Source of the DNA: Podarcis melisellensis
Lineage: Eukaryota
Direction: 5' to 3' (one strand)
Assembly: GCA_964234715.1 (NCBI GenBank)
Contig: OZ174291.1
Length of the DNA: 64,000 nucleotides
Shown here: in pieces, positions 14,602 to 28,140 of the stretch
Layout of the letters: each line of letters begins with the position of its first letter
Position numbering within the stretch: the stretch's first letter is position 1
Notes under the pieces: model-generated
Databases searched by the model: none
The model's input: only the letters and a program-made list of their open reading frames with translations
Told to the model about the DNA's origin: nothing
Made by a program: the position numbers and the translations under genes

Positions 14602-15169
14602 TCAGACCAAGAAGGAAGACGTCTGTTTAAATTCACCCTGGAAAGAGAGAGAGAGAGAGAGAAGAAACCTCTAAGTTACACAGCATGAGAAAGCCAGCAG
14701 GGCAGCCGCCCCCCCCCCCCAGCTGGGGCTTTGGACTACAAGTCTCATCAGTCCTCAGCCAGCTTGGGGGAGGCCGCTGTAGAGAGCCAGACCGCATAAA
14801 TTCAGAACCCCAAAGTTTCAAGGTGCATAATCCTCACAGCTCTTAGCTGTACGCCTGCGTCTCCTCCCCTCCTCGAGAGTGATCTTGCACCACCAGCATG
14901 CCACGATTGCTAACAATGGCCACGTGGCCACAAAAGGATGGCAGGGTATTTAATAATAAACACTTTGCCCTGATATTGCACTTTCCATGTGTTCAAAACT
15001 TGTCACACATATTGGCTTCTTCTAATCCTGTTAATGTGGGCTTGCTGTTGCAGGTGTGTGCGACTGTGTGTTGAAGCTGGGGCACTGAACTACTATTATG
15101 TTTTTAGATATGCTGCAAGCCACCAAGAGTGGCTGAGGAAACCCTGCCAGATGGGCAGGGTATAAATAA

Positions 15170-15205
<36 letters not shown>

Positions 15206-18200
15206 CTTTGGATTTTTTTTTGTAAGAGGCCAAGAACAGCCACCCAACATCCAAACTTGTAGCTTGGACACAGCCAATACTTTCTCTCCAGACCAGTGTT
15301 TCCCAAAGTGGGCAGGACCACTCCTTGAGAGGGGATTACATGGGGGTGTCTAACAGGCAAGGGGGCGTTGCAGGTGGGCCCCTCCAAGCACACAGATCAC
15401 TTATTTAACAAATGACCAGGCTAGAGCCTAGAGCAAAACACCTCACTTGCTTCATATTTAAAGTTTTACCGCTCTTATCACTTTCAAAGCTATTTACTTT
15501 GGTCATGTTTGTTTGTAGCTTTGATGCTGAGTTGTCACAATAGTAGCTATTTATTTTCTTATAAATTAGTTATTGTACATCTGTGGTAGGTGAGGGTTTG
15601 TGCATGTCTGGTAGTTATAAATAAATATTCTATGCTATAAATTTCATTCACCCCTTATGTTTTTGTTAGTAAGAATGTGTCAAAACATTTTTCATGCAAT
15701 ATTCTTTGCTGCAACCGATCTATCTATCTATCCACAAGCTTAGATCAGATCATATATTTATTTTGGCATGTATTTCTTTTTCATGTAAGCACGCAATCAG
15801 TTTGTTACCATTTTGAACTTCTGTTCTGAAGAATTCATTTTACCGGGTTGGGTAGGGGGCACTGGGGATGGGTTTATGGCACCAAGGAGGCAGTGGCTCC
15901 CCAAAAGTTTGGAAACCACTGGTCTAGGAAATCACTTGAGTTGGTGTGTGCTGTCCGAGAGAACCTACATAGGTACCCTCTAAACCAGGGGTTGTCAACC
16001 AGGATTCTAGGTGGGCGGCAGGGGGTTCTATGGCACAAGCGGAATCCTCCTTCCATCAAGCACTGATGGGCAGTAAGGAAATTTTACCATCAAGAAAGAT
16101 GCATTAGTGGGCGGTAGGTATAAAAAGGTTGACTACCCCTGCTTTAAACAAAATCATGTCCCACCTTTTGCTCTTCCAAATAAAGAAATAAATTCATGAG
16201 CATGTTTGCAAACCCACCAGAGACCTGAGTGGCCCCATCATTCCTCCCAGTCGGAGGCTGCCAAAAACACCACTCATTACATCATTGCCACGCCTAACAA
16301 AACCAGCTTTTCTGGGGAAAGAACAGAGCAAGTTCCTGTTCTACTTACATCACTTCGGGTAGAAGGTTGGCTGTAAATGACCTTCTTATTGCTGGTGGTG
16401 CTAAAACAGGTGGAGAAATGAGAAATTAGAGGCAGGGACCTGGCAATAGAGGAAGAAATCCCAGAAGCGTAGGCAGAAGGCGGAATGCTGAGGGTGCCAT
16501 TCGGCTAAATCCCAGGCCATATTCACACCATCCAATTCACAGGTTGCAGAGTTGGAAGGGGCCACCAAGGGTCATCTAGTCCCACCCTCTGCAATGCAGG
16601 TACCACAGCTCAAGAATCCCTGGCAACCTCTGCTTAAAAACCTCCAGTGAAGGAGAGTCCACCTTCTCAGGTAGTCCGTTCCATTGTCAAAAGCCTGTAC
16701 CTTTGGAAAGTTCTTCCTAATGTTTGGTTGGAATTTCCTTCTCATTTTAATCCATCAATTTGGGTCCCACCCTCTGAATCAACAGAAAACAAGCTTGCTC
16801 CGTCTTCCGTGTGACAGCCCTTAAAATATTTGAAGATGGCTATCCTATCACCTCTTAAGTCTTCTCTCTAAACATCCCAAACTCCCTCAACCATTCCACA
16901 TAAGGCTTGGTCTCCAGGCCTCAGACCATCCTTGTCGCCCTCCTCGCCCGCCTTCCAGCTTGTCAACACCTTTCTTAAAATGTGCTGCCCAAAACTGGAC
17001 ACAAGAATCCAGGTGGGGGCCTAACCAAGGCAGAACAGAGTGGCACTTTGGCTTTCCTTGAGGTGGACACTCTACTTCTATTGATGCAGCCTGGAATCGC
17101 ATTTGCTTTTTTTTTTGCTGCTGCATCACACTGTTGGCTCTTAAGAGTTCCCTGTGAAGTGAGATTGAGTTCTAAACCACTCTGATAACTGTAGCTCTGT
17201 GAGGGGAATATGGGTGTCCTATCAACTCTCAGCATTCTTAACAAACTACAGTTCCCAGGATTCTTTGGGTGAAGAAGCCATAACTGTTTAAAGTGGCACC
17301 ACAGCGCTTTAAATGCATGGCATGAATGTGGCCTTATTTAGAGCAGACCCACCTTAGCCATGCTGGTTAATTTCAGCAGGTCTACTCTGAGTAGGGCTAA
17401 CACCAGATGCAACCCCTTTTGGCATATAAGCAATGTATTCAAGTTTGTTAATAAATAACTCTGGGCTCCTGATACCCAGAGGCTCCCATCGGGAGGCTGG
17501 CGCACCGTGGCTCCTTCTGCAAGTGCCACCCACTCCCACCACCCTCTTGGTGACTAGGAATGAGGCCAAGGGGAGCCTAGTGGCCCCCCAAGCCTCAGCC
17601 AACATATAAGAGTTTTGGGGCAGGAGGAATATGTGGGGAGGGGATGAGAGAGGCAGGGCAATGTGGGCTGGGAAGAAGGGTGGAGGAGACACCGATGCCG
17701 CCAACCCAACTGGTCAAGCTTCTACTCACTCTCTTCTTTCTGAAAAAGAGGGGGAAAACAAAACTTTAGCCAACAAGGCAAACTTCAGTTTCCTCAAATC
17801 ATTTGAGCAAATCTTCTTCTTCTGACAATTACATTTACACCATACATTCAAAGTACAGTAACACCCCATTAAACAGTCATGGCTCCTTCCCCAAAAGAGT
17901 TCTGGGAGCTGTAGTTTACTAACATGCTGAAGAGTTCTGAAGAAACACCCGTATTTGCCACTCCGAGCTACAATTTCCAGAGTGGTTTTACAGTCAACCC
18001 CTCTTCTCAGGGAAGTCTGGGAATTGTAGCTCTGGGAAGAGAATTGGGAACTCTCAGCACCCTTAGCAAACTACAGCCAGGCCGCATTCACACTCTACAT
18101 TTAAAGCAGGATTGTATCGTTTGAACAGTCATGCCTTCCCTCAGAGAATCCTGGGAATCGTACAATTTGCAGAGCTCCCAGTGTAGAGACAAAATTGGGT

Positions 18201-19682
18201 TAGGATCTACTTGGACTTCCTTTGGGGGCCCTTGACTAATCCCAGTAAACTCTGTTCCTATCCTATTTCTTGAAAGGAGTCAGACACAGGAGAGAGAGAG
18301 AAGATGTGATGTTTCAAGCTTTTCAGAAAAGGAGAAGGAAGGAATGCAGTGGTATATTCTGAAAGTACCTCAGATGCTCTACTGTCTAGACTGCAAAAAG
18401 TCACATTCAGCTGATTTGCTGATCGACTTCCCTTTCATATTGTTCCAAATCTAAACTGACTGCTTGCGGTCATATTTGTGACACTTGCTTTGATGCTTTG
18501 TAACATGTCTCTAAAAAGCTATCCTCTCAGCTTGTATGCAGAGTTTCCTGTGAGGGACTAGGCCGAAACCTTGTCCTCTGTGCAGCTCTCAAAGCTACCA
18601 CTTTTTAATAAAGAAGATTCTCAACAGTTTTTAATCCTAAAACATCTGTCTGGAAACTATTTTAGACTCCACATTTGGGAAGATGAAATAACTATTAATC
18701 CGCTCTGGAAATCGTAGCCCTCTGAGGGAAACAGGGCACCCTTAAGAAACTTCCTTTCCCAGGATCCTTTGGGGGAAGCCATGACAGTGTAAAGTGATAG
18801 GATACTGCTATAAATGTATGGTGTGAACGTGGCCTGGCTATTTTTGTTAAGGGTGCAGGGTTGCTAGGAGACCCACAATTCCCCTCAAAGAGCTACAACT
18901 GCCAAAATGGAATAACAATTTTAATGGGAACTGTAGCACTGGGAGAGGGGCAGAGGCCTCCTAACAACTCTTAGCACTCTTAATAAACTATAGCTCCCAA
19001 AATTCTTTGAGGGAAGCCATGACAGTTTCAAGTTCATCACAGTGCGTTAAATGTTTAGTCTGTAGCCTAGGTCAGCCTTTTGCCAGCTTGGTTCTTTCCA
19101 GAGGTTATTGGCTACAGCTCCCCTGAGCCACCAGCTGGCACAGCTGCCTCACAGGATTGTTTAAGAGCCTTACAAGCACCTCACCTATGTCATTTATGGC
19201 CACGATTCGACAACCATGTAAGGTAGTCCAATGTCACCCCCATACTGCAGGCTCCCGCCTATTTGGGGAAGTGCATGGGATATTAAACCAAACGCCAAGC
19301 CCAGAAAACCTTGCCAGGCCACCTCAGTGGAGGAAGCTGCATATATATTCAAACTAAACATTGGATGACAAGCACATAGCCTGCTACTTACTGCTGAAGA
19401 AGCCCCGGCTGTAGGCGAACCAGACCCCAAAGATCACCAGGCCTAGGACGATGAGAAGCACCACCACAGCAGCAACGATGCCGCCCACGTTGACTTCACC
19501 TGCACACAAAAGGAAGATGGTATTCAGCTCTTCAGTAATTCCGAAAAGGAGCCTGTCACTGCAAGACCTTACACAGTCTGGCAAAACAGCATGGAATCAT
19601 AGAACTGTCGAGTCGGAAGGAACTCTGAGGGTCAGTCTAGTGCGATGCAGGAGTTGCTGGTAAAGAATCCCTGACAGGCGGC

Positions 19683-19727
<45 letters not shown>

Positions 19728-22700
19728 TTATTATTTATACCCCGCCCATCTGGCTGGGTTTCCCCAGCCACTCTGGGCGGCTTCCAACTGAATATTAAAA
19801 ACAGTACAGCATCAGACATTAAAAACTTCCCTAAAGAGGGCTGCCTTCAGTTGTCTTTTAAAAGTAAAATAGTTGTTTATTGCTTTGATATCTGCTGGGA
19901 GGGCGTTCCACAGGGCAGGTGCCACTACCGAGAAGGCCCTCTGCCTGGTTCCCTGTAACCTCACTTCTCGCAATGAGGTAACTGCCAGAAGGCCCTCGGC
20001 GCTGGATCTCAGTGTCCGGGCTGAACGATGGGGGTGGAGATGCTCCTTCAGGTATACTGGATGGAGGCCGTTTAGGGCTTTGAAGGTCAGCACCAACACT
20101 TTGAATTGTGCTCGGAAACGTACTGGGAGCCAATGCAGATCTCCATTCAAACTTCTGCTTCAAAACCTCCAATGTCTGGGGACACCTGTACACCTGTACA
20201 CCCTGCACCGACTCTAATTCATCGGAGGTTTTCTCCTTCAACTTTGGCTGAAGCGGGGCAGCAAACCTAACACGCAGGGAGATTTTGTTTCTTACTCATT
20301 TCTTTCTTTACAGCAGGGGTGTCTAATGATGGGTTTTTTCCGCCTGAGGCCTGTTGTCACCTTTGGCCAACTGCCTTGGGGGTGCCACCCCACACTTGTA
20401 ATAACTTTCCTCTTTATCTGGTAATTCCCCATTCCTACTGGGCTTCTGCGGCCTTATCCTGTTTTTTCCAAAGACAAATACTAGAATGTACTTGGAACGC
20501 CAATTAATGGATTAGCTTCAGGTATCTTTTTGTCATTCCTGCCCTGTCACCAAGATCCTTTTGTTCGTGATTTTACTTCCACTTTTCCAATCCCATACTT
20601 CAGCCAACTCATCTTGGGAAATTCCTGACGTTTTTCCCAATAGTGGAAAGCACCTTCTAAATCACCGTATCCTAGTATCAATCAAGGCTGTATACAATGA
20701 TGGAGGGATGTTAAGCACCCTCCAAGAGCATCAAAATTTCATATTCAGAAATTCATTATTCATAAAAAGAATACTAGAACATAATGAAGTAATAACTGGC
20801 TATACCTTACCCATGGACCCTCTAATTTTACTGAATATGTTGAAGAAACTGCACTAAGGGGACAGGGAATTAATGCAAACATCTCTTAACTTGCTGCCAT
20901 AATGGTTACAGCATTTGTCAAAATTGGGGGCGGGGCAGAAATGAGAATACCATCCTCAAGAGAATGCATAACTAAAATCTGGGACATAGTATATGCATGG
21001 TTAAGCTTACAGAGATGGTAAGAAACACAGAGGGGAGACAAGAAGATGCCTTTACAGTATTGAGAAATGAGAGGTTTTTTTATAATGTACTGGAGGAATA
21101 TGGTACAGGATAATGTACAAATTTGCAATCTTGTGATATTAATTTATTTTGTTTGATTTTGGAAATGTGCTCCCATTATGTTTATTTCTAGATCTCACCT
21201 TCTATTTTTATTTTAATTGTCAACTGTTACTAGTGCCATGTTGTTGTTGTTTGTGTGTATGTACACACACACACACACACACACACTGAATGAATACAAT
21301 GTAAGTGAAAAGTGGGCAACTGCGATAACACACCAGTCAAATCTAAAATTGCAATTAACTCTTTCACATTGTTACGGCTAAAATCTGGATGCGGGGCTAC
21401 TCTGCCACCCAGCTCGTCGGACTAAGTGTCCGCGGGTCCCTGCGGAAGAAAATGAGCTCAGCCGGGCACAGGAGCAAACTACAGAAGATCCAAGTTTATT
21501 GCGCAACAGGTTCAAGACAAGATTGAACCCCGAGAAAGGGGTGACATGAACTTTTGAAACTCCCTCCATGTCCCAGAATACAGTGCAAAATACATCCCAG
21601 TTACATCATGAATATATTAAGGAAAGGTTGGGTTACACAGATTACATCATGAATACATTAAGGAGAGGTTGGGTTACACCGGATTAACATATGGAGGAGG
21701 GAGGGGGGAATATGCAGAGCTGGAGATATGCGCAGATAAGTGCTTCCTGAGTGCCGGTGATGGGAAGACAATGGTCCATGTATGCATAGTCTGCCACCTG
21801 GCATTGCCCGAGGAAAGGCTTGGCAGAGTGATTTGACAGGATTAGGGTCTTGACACCTTACTTGAGGGATTATGGAGGACAGGGGAGGGGTGATGGAGTC
21901 CTAGAGAAATTGAGCAAATTGGCACGTTGATTTTCCATGTGAAGAAGACATGCCCCCCCTTCCGTAACAACATCATTCCTGGGATACACATATATTTAGG
22001 CACAAAAGAGAGAGCTAACATTATTAAGTAAACTGCTTCCAGTGCCTTCATCCTCCAAAACCCCTAAAACCTAAGTAATATATAAGGGAAGCTCTGGAAT
22101 ATTATGTATTTATGCATTTATGTATTTATGCATTTTTCATAAATATCTGTAAAGGCATTTGGGTTCAGGTTGCAAAGATCTGCTCTCAGGTGTTCATTCC
22201 CTCCATAGCCAAACAGTAGAGCTGGCCGTCAAGGCAACCCACCACCAGTCGGGCCTACTTACTGGTCTCCATGCGCACCGTGTCGGACTTCTGGGGGGCC
22301 CCGACTTTGTTGTCCGCCTGGCAGTAGTAGTCTCCAGCATCATAGGCCATTGCGGGCTCAAAAGACTGAAAGAGAGGGAGAAAAAGAGGGGTCTCAGCAG
22401 CACGCGATTCCCAGGGGTCAGGAGATCTCTCTTGCCCACTAGAAAGCCAGCAGTAATGGGGAAGGAGGTGCAAAGAATCTACAATTTCAGCCCATGCCAG
22501 TCAAACCATAGTTTGATTTAAAACAGCACACAAGCAGAACAATCCAGTTACTTCTTGCCTTTTTTGTACTTAGTATGGGGCACTATCTTCAACCCCACTT
22601 TCATGTTCTCCCAAAGAAACCTAGGCCCCTTTAAAACGCCTTGGCTTCCCCCTCCCAAAAAGGAACTGTAGTTTGTTAAGGATGCTGAGACTTGTTAGGA

Positions 22701-25700
22701 GATCCCCTATTCCCCTCGCCAAGCTACAATTCCCAGCCTGCTTCAACAGCCAATCGCTCTTCCTAGGCAACTCTGGAAACTTGGTAGTTCAGTGATGGGA
22801 GTAAGAGGACCTCCAAAAAACTATCGGCACCCTTGAAAATAACATTCTTTGGGGGAAGCCATAACTATCTACAGTGGTATCATGGTGCCTTAAGCAAGGC
22901 AGTGAGGCGCAGTGGTTAAGAGTTTCGGACTAGGACCTGGGAGACCAGGGTTCAAATCCTCACTTGGCCATGAAGCTCCCTGGGTGATCTTGAGGGCCAG
23001 TCAGTGCCTCTCGGGGTAACCTACCTCAAAGGGTTGTGGTGGGGAGTTAAATGAGGTGGGGGGGGGGAGAACCACAAAAGCCACTTTGGGAGAAAAAGGT
23101 GGGACATAAAGGTAAAATAAAATAAAGACTAGTGTGTGTGTGGTGAGAGCAGAAGACTTACTATTTCTCACTACGGGCCTCCCCTCTCAACAAACCTCAT
23201 GCCCAAGGACGCCTTATTTTTCAACACACAAGGCTGCCAAACTCTCCAATAGTCCCCACTTGTCGACTCTCAACCAAAGGCCTTCAAAAGCTTGCCAGAG
23301 CAGAATTACACTGTGTAACCATCTCAGTGCCAATAATGCAGTAAGCGCTTTGAGGTATTTTCTACAGTCAAGCAGTGTATGTTACGGAATAAATAAAAAT
23401 AAAAAATGAGTTGCAGAATGCAACGGGTCCCCCCCTTCTTCTTCTCTCCCCACCCCCAATTCCAAAGTCAGAGTAGCACCACCACCACCACCCCTAAAAA
23501 TATGGCAGAATTCACAAAGCTCAGAGCCTGTTTTTAAGACCCTACCAGAAGCCCCGTCTTGGGGTCCATCGTGTAGGATGAATTCCTGAACAGGGAGTTG
23601 GTTTTGGGGTCTTGGGGCATCGGGATGTTGTCTTTGAACCAGGTGAAGGTGGGAGGCGGGGAGCCGTCTGTCTCCACGCAGGTGAGAACCGCTTTGGTGC
23701 CAATGGTGACCACAGAGGGCACTTGGGCCTTGGGCTTCGAGGGCGGGACTGCAAGGCCAAGAGACGTCCGTTAGAGAAGCAAAGGTGGTGTTGTTGTTGC
23801 AGGAATGCTCAGTTAGTTTGTGAAAGGCGAGCAGCTGTGCAGGACAACTTGAAAAACATGCACTCCACCAGTTCTAAATTCATTTGCTCTAAACCAGAGG
23901 TTCCCAGACTACTTGAAAATTGCTGGTGGATCTAAGTGGATCACTTAAACGATTTTTAATGGGAAATGACTTATAATTAATTGAATAAAATATTTAAAAT
24001 AACACAAAAAGAAAACAAGAAGCTTTTCTATTAGGGATTCTAGGCGCCGAAATTCCAAAGGAACGGAAAAGACTGCTTATGTATGCAACGACAGCTGCGC
24101 GGATGCTGCTAGCCCAGAAGAAGAAGAGACAAGTCCCTACCAGAGAAGAATGGCAGATCAAGTTGCTGGACTATGCCAAAATGGCAAAAATGACCACAAA
24201 AATCAGAAATCAGGAAGACCAACATTTCAATAAGGAATGGGGTAGATTTATAATTTACCTTGGGGACCACTGCAAACAATTAAAAACGTTACTGGAATTG
24301 CAATAACACTTGTAATGTAACGAGAACTATGGATACAATGGAGATATAAAATTTTCGGATTATCATATAAGATGCAGTTTAACAATGGGACCCACAGAGG
24401 GGAAGGAATAAAGTCTAGAGATTTGTGGGAATCTTGTACTTATGGAAGGTGTTGTGGTATGACTGTAAATTGTAATATGGAAAATCAAATACACAAATTG
24501 GGCAGGGGGGATTCTGCTTGTTGTTGCAATTGCATTGCCCGCCGCTAGACCCTAGATCATTTTTTCCCATTGTATTTTTACAGACACATCACGGACCAGG
24601 GGAAGGGCCACAGTTCAGTGGTAGAGCATCAGCTAAATTCAATCCCCAGCACCTCCAGGTACGGCTGGGAGAGACTCCTGCCCGAAACCCCAGAGAGTCG
24701 TTGCCAGTCAGTGTAGACAATACTGAGTTGGATGGAGCAACAATATCAGGCAGCTTCCTATGTGCCACCTGAGCAAAGCTTGCGCACCACTGTATGGGAA
24801 GCCTGACTCTGAAGGGGAAAACACCCCACTCTTCTTTTGCCTTTGAGGAAACATCCCATCTTGTTAGGGCAAAAGCTAGCCTTCTTATTATTCTCCGTGT
24901 TCTCTAGTTAGATCTGGGTGAGGAATACACACAGAGAAACCTCCTCAATATTGCACTAATAATATTGTCATCATTATTGCCATCTTCTAACTAAGGTCCG
25001 TTTCGCACCATAAATTAAAAGCACAGTTATATCACTTTGGACAGTCATGGCTTCCCCCAAAAAATTCTGGGAGGTGTAGTTTCTTAAGGGTGCCAAGAGT
25101 TGTTAGGAGGCCCCACTATTCCGCTTACAGAGCTCCAATTTCCCAGACGTCCCAGGGAAGAGGAATTGATTGGCGTATCTTGGCAGGAATGTTCTTCCAC
25201 AGAACAGGGGCAGCTCTGCTCTGTGGAGGGGGATTCTGAGATCTTGGAACTTGCAAGAGAGACTCTCCTTCAGACCACAGCGATCTGGTTTCTCAGGTAA
25301 GCTGGTCGTGAGCTGCATGTGGCCTTTTACTGTATGTTAGTACATATAGCTTGGCTTGGTAGCAAATGGGCAGCCTGTGCAAATCCTGCAAGCAAGGTGT
25401 TCTATGCTGAAGGTTGTTTCTCCCCCAACAAGCAACTAAGCCGCCACATTCTGTGCCTGCTGCAGCCTCTGAATCAACCCCAAGGGCCTCTCCGCACTGA
25501 AAGTATTGCAGTAATCCAGCTGTGAGGCTACCAATTGCTGTGGTCGATGTATTAAAAATAATTAATTCCTCATTAACGGGCTGCTTGACACAAGAGCACT
25601 GACAGACCTTTGGACCAAGCTTGTTGGGCTGTTGAGCTTCTGGAGGCCAATGGTCAGGGTCATGAAGGATTCTGGACATAAAATGACATTTCGTACCTTG

Positions 25701-26576
25701 AACAATGAGCCGCACAGAGGAATGCCGATAGACCTCTGAAGTGTCAACCACCTCGCAGATGTACAGGCCCGTGTCTTTCCGAGTCACCGATTTGAAAAAG
25801 AGTTCATTGGGATGGAACACGACGCGATCCTTGTAGGGGTCTGTGGGGGGGGGGAAAGAAGGCCCTCAGAGCATGAGAAAACACCAAGAAATAAGCTCTT
25901 TCAGGGAATACTTGAGCACAAGTGGTGATAATTTTACCTCAGTACTGGTGGAATCATCAAACTGCAGGGCCTAATTCTGCCTAGTAGGAGCCCTGAAGAG
26001 GAATTTTTTATTCGCTTTATTGATTTTGACATGTGAGATAATCCAGTACAGCAATTTTAATCAAAATCTGAGATGTGGTAGTTAATTTTTTTAAAGAAAA
26101 ATTTGTAGGTGATCTGTTGTGGAACGACCCCATTGAAGTAGGTAGCAGCTGTTACCCAGACCTTATTGCTGGTTACAAAGGGCCCCCCATAACAGATCGA
26201 GCTTCAGGGCCACAAAATGTAGGCCCCCCACTGCCCACACCCAATGCTAGGTGTGAGACAGATAAAGACTGCTGCGAAGGATCCACTGGGAGGCTTAAAA
26301 TTGGCTTCTGATTGTTCCTTGGCAAGAGGGGTGTCTATCTGATGACATTTAAGTCATTAAGGCCCCTTTCCATGTGCTACCAGCACAGGGAGGGTGGCAG
26401 CACAAGAACATGCCTTTTCCGTGGTGGCTCCCTGCTTGTGGAATGGCTCGCCTGCCTTTTATTTGTGCATGGGTGAGTTTTGATTTTACTGATTGCCTTT
26501 ACTGTAACTGGCTAGTATTTTTATTGCGCCTAAGTCACTGTGAGTCATTTCCATGAGTAAAGCTAGCTAGCTAGCC

Positions 26577-26620
<44 letters not shown>

Positions 26621-28085
26621 TCTGGCATCAAATACAAGCCCTGCTGAAATCTGAGCAGTGTAGGAAGATCTTGAAAGGTCCTAGGAAAGCTAACTAAGAA
26701 GGCCAAATCCAGCTCCGGAAGGGAGACTGTTAGGCAGCTGGTACTCCAACAGCATCCCTACTCTGCCTTAGAGGCTCAGTTTCAGGTGCTACAAACACTG
26801 GAAACGAGGAGACAGCAGGACAAACAACCTAGCAAGGCAGATGGATGTTCAACAGGGAAGAGGGGCAACCTCCTCCCTGCCTTGAATCAAGGAACCTGGA
26901 TGTACACTTCTCCTGACCCAATTGGTTTCTCCCTATGGCCTAAGACTCATCCAGGTAGGACCCATATGGAAGAGAATAAGAATAAAGGGTTCCAGCTTCA
27001 GCAGAAGTTATCTTCTAGGACCTCAAAAGCCCCCTTTTAGAATTAACTCATCCTCCAAAACACGAACGCACACACAGTTCAACTACCCACCTGTGAAGTG
27101 ACCGTCAAAATAGAAGAGTGTTGTGGAGCCATCCCCCTGGAATTTCCACTCCACACGCCTTGGGGAGCCCTGGTATGCCTTGCAAGGCAGTCGTGCTTCT
27201 AAAGAAATGTTAAAGGGGAAGAAGAATACGGGTAAGCGGGAAGGCAGAAAAGCAGCACATTGGGACACATGGATTACCAGGAGAGTCTGGCACAAGTTCC
27301 TACAGAAGAAGCATCATCCAAGCTCCAGGAAGTTGCCTGGGACCTGGGTTGTGGGCGCCGAAACAGAATGCCCTTTAAACAGGCCCAGGGCCACTGCACC
27401 AAAGCCCCAGGAAACAACTGGCTATAATTTTGGCAAAAGAGGGTTTTCTCATGTACTGCAAAGGATAGAAGAATGCTTTTTCCAAAAAATGCACTCTCTG
27501 TCTGTCTGTCTGTCTCTCTCTCTCTCCCTCAAGGACATTCTTTGGAGTATTCTATTTACACTTTTGAGATGAAGATTCACTAAATCAATGGCTTTATATC
27601 TGTGGCTCCAGATAAGTAGATGAGGATAACTATTGGGGACAAGCTGTCATTTGAAGGATGAACATTTTGTTAAATCTGAATCCATCATGTAAAAGAAAAC
27701 AGCATGGGCTGTGTTTTGTATCACCACATGCATTAATACTTACTGGAAGGCTCATCTGAATTAGTTTTACACTTTTCCTTTTTTTATCCGTACTTTTTGA
27801 AACACAAGGGAGATAGATCCCCCAAGTGAAATCTGCATACGTAAAATCATACAGTAAAAACATGGCTAAAAATAGACATCAATTAGCCATTGTGAAAAGA
27901 TAGCGGTTGGCATGGAATTGGCCTGGTAGGCAGCACTAATGTTGATTGGCTCCCCTAATTAGGCACATACCTAATGAGCATCAGTCATTTTATTATCTTT
28001 ACCTTAAGGGTATGTTATCCTTTTCTACACCACACCCACCAACACATATATACCATCCTGTCAAAATATCAGTATCTCTTTCTTA

Positions 28086-28140
<55 letters not shown>

